A DNA stretch of 64,000 nucleotides, from NCBI RefSeq assembly GCF_001194135.2, contig NC_068981.1, positions 125,861,950 through 125,925,949 of the forward strand. Reading direction: 5' to 3'. Position 1 is the stretch's first letter. The number at the start of each line of letters is the position of its first letter. A program made the translations under genes and the position numbers. The notes under the pieces were generated by a model that made no database searches, was not told where the DNA came from, and saw only the letters and a program-made list of their open reading frames with translations. Below, piece by piece: positions 63,517 to 64,000 of the stretch. This DNA comes from Octopus bimaculoides (lineage: Eukaryota).

Positions 63517-63899
63517 GCACTCCGTCAGTTACAATGACAAGGGTTCCAGTTGAACCGATCAATGGAACAGCCTGCTTGTGAAATTAATGTGCAAGTGGTT
63601 GAGCACTCCACAGACATGAATACCCTTAACGCAGTTCTCGGGTAGATTCAATGTGACAAAGTGTGACAAGGCTGGCCCTTTGAAAATACAGGTACAATAG
63701 AAACAGGAAGAAAGAGGGAGAGAAAGTTGTAGTGAAAGAGTACAGCAGGGTTTGCCACCCCCCTCCCCCTGCCAGAGCCTTGTGGAGCTTTAGGTGTTTT
63801 TGCTCAATAAACATTCACAGCACCTGGTCTGGAAATCAAAACCGTGATCCTATGACTGTGAGTCCACTGCCCTAACCACTGCGCCATTGTGCCTCCACT
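63517..63899 (-). mobile_element. SINE family C copy
   Basis: Reverse complement of 7703-8080 along its whole length. Confidence 0.82.
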
Positions 63900-64000
63900 A
63901 TATATATATAAACATGAGAATTAACAAGTTCACACACCAGTAATTATTAGTATTATAGAATAACCAAAAAAATGATGGGGTGCAAACTTCATACCACAAA

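Noticed and set aside
216-63814. Most short ORFs in the supplied track (YIYI, CVCV, THTH, LSLS-rich, or spanning X runs)
   Set aside because: They are translations of microsatellites, SINE bodies or N gaps, with no splice or homology support.
3573-63899. tRNA-like A/B boxes at SINE heads
   Set aside because: They lack complete cloverleaf structures and continue into repeat bodies, so they are not tRNA genes.
1-64000. CRISPR arrays, rRNA genes or prokaryotic operon-like systems
   Set aside because: None seen. The window is eukaryotic intron-rich DNA.

Overview
AT-rich, microsatellite-rich and gapped animal genomic DNA. The SINE-like families and (TA)n/(CA)n/(GA)n load point to an octopus (inference). 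The + strand carries the central part of one large gene, a Slo2/KCNT-type (Slack/Slick family) K+ channel. I could assign 16 GT-AG exons between 23829 and 57697 (2121 nt, about 707 codons). They splice in one open frame from the S1-S2 loop through S2-S6, the TVGYG pore and RCK1 into RCK2. The first exons (N-terminus, S1) and the exons after 57697 were not found, so they lie outside the window or in N gaps. Intronic and flanking DNA holds Tc1/mariner fossils, a hAT-like MITE, L1/Tx1, RTE and RLE-type (NeSL/Hero-like) retrotransposon fragments and many SINE-like copies. The least expected signal is four hammerhead-ribozyme-like motifs of the minimal Penelope-associated type. Two of them sit in the loop of long near-perfect inverted repeats, and one of those hairpins ends about 165 nt upstream of the pore exon. 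Comparisons with human or fly Slo2 come from memory and need checking. Repeat boundaries are approximate.
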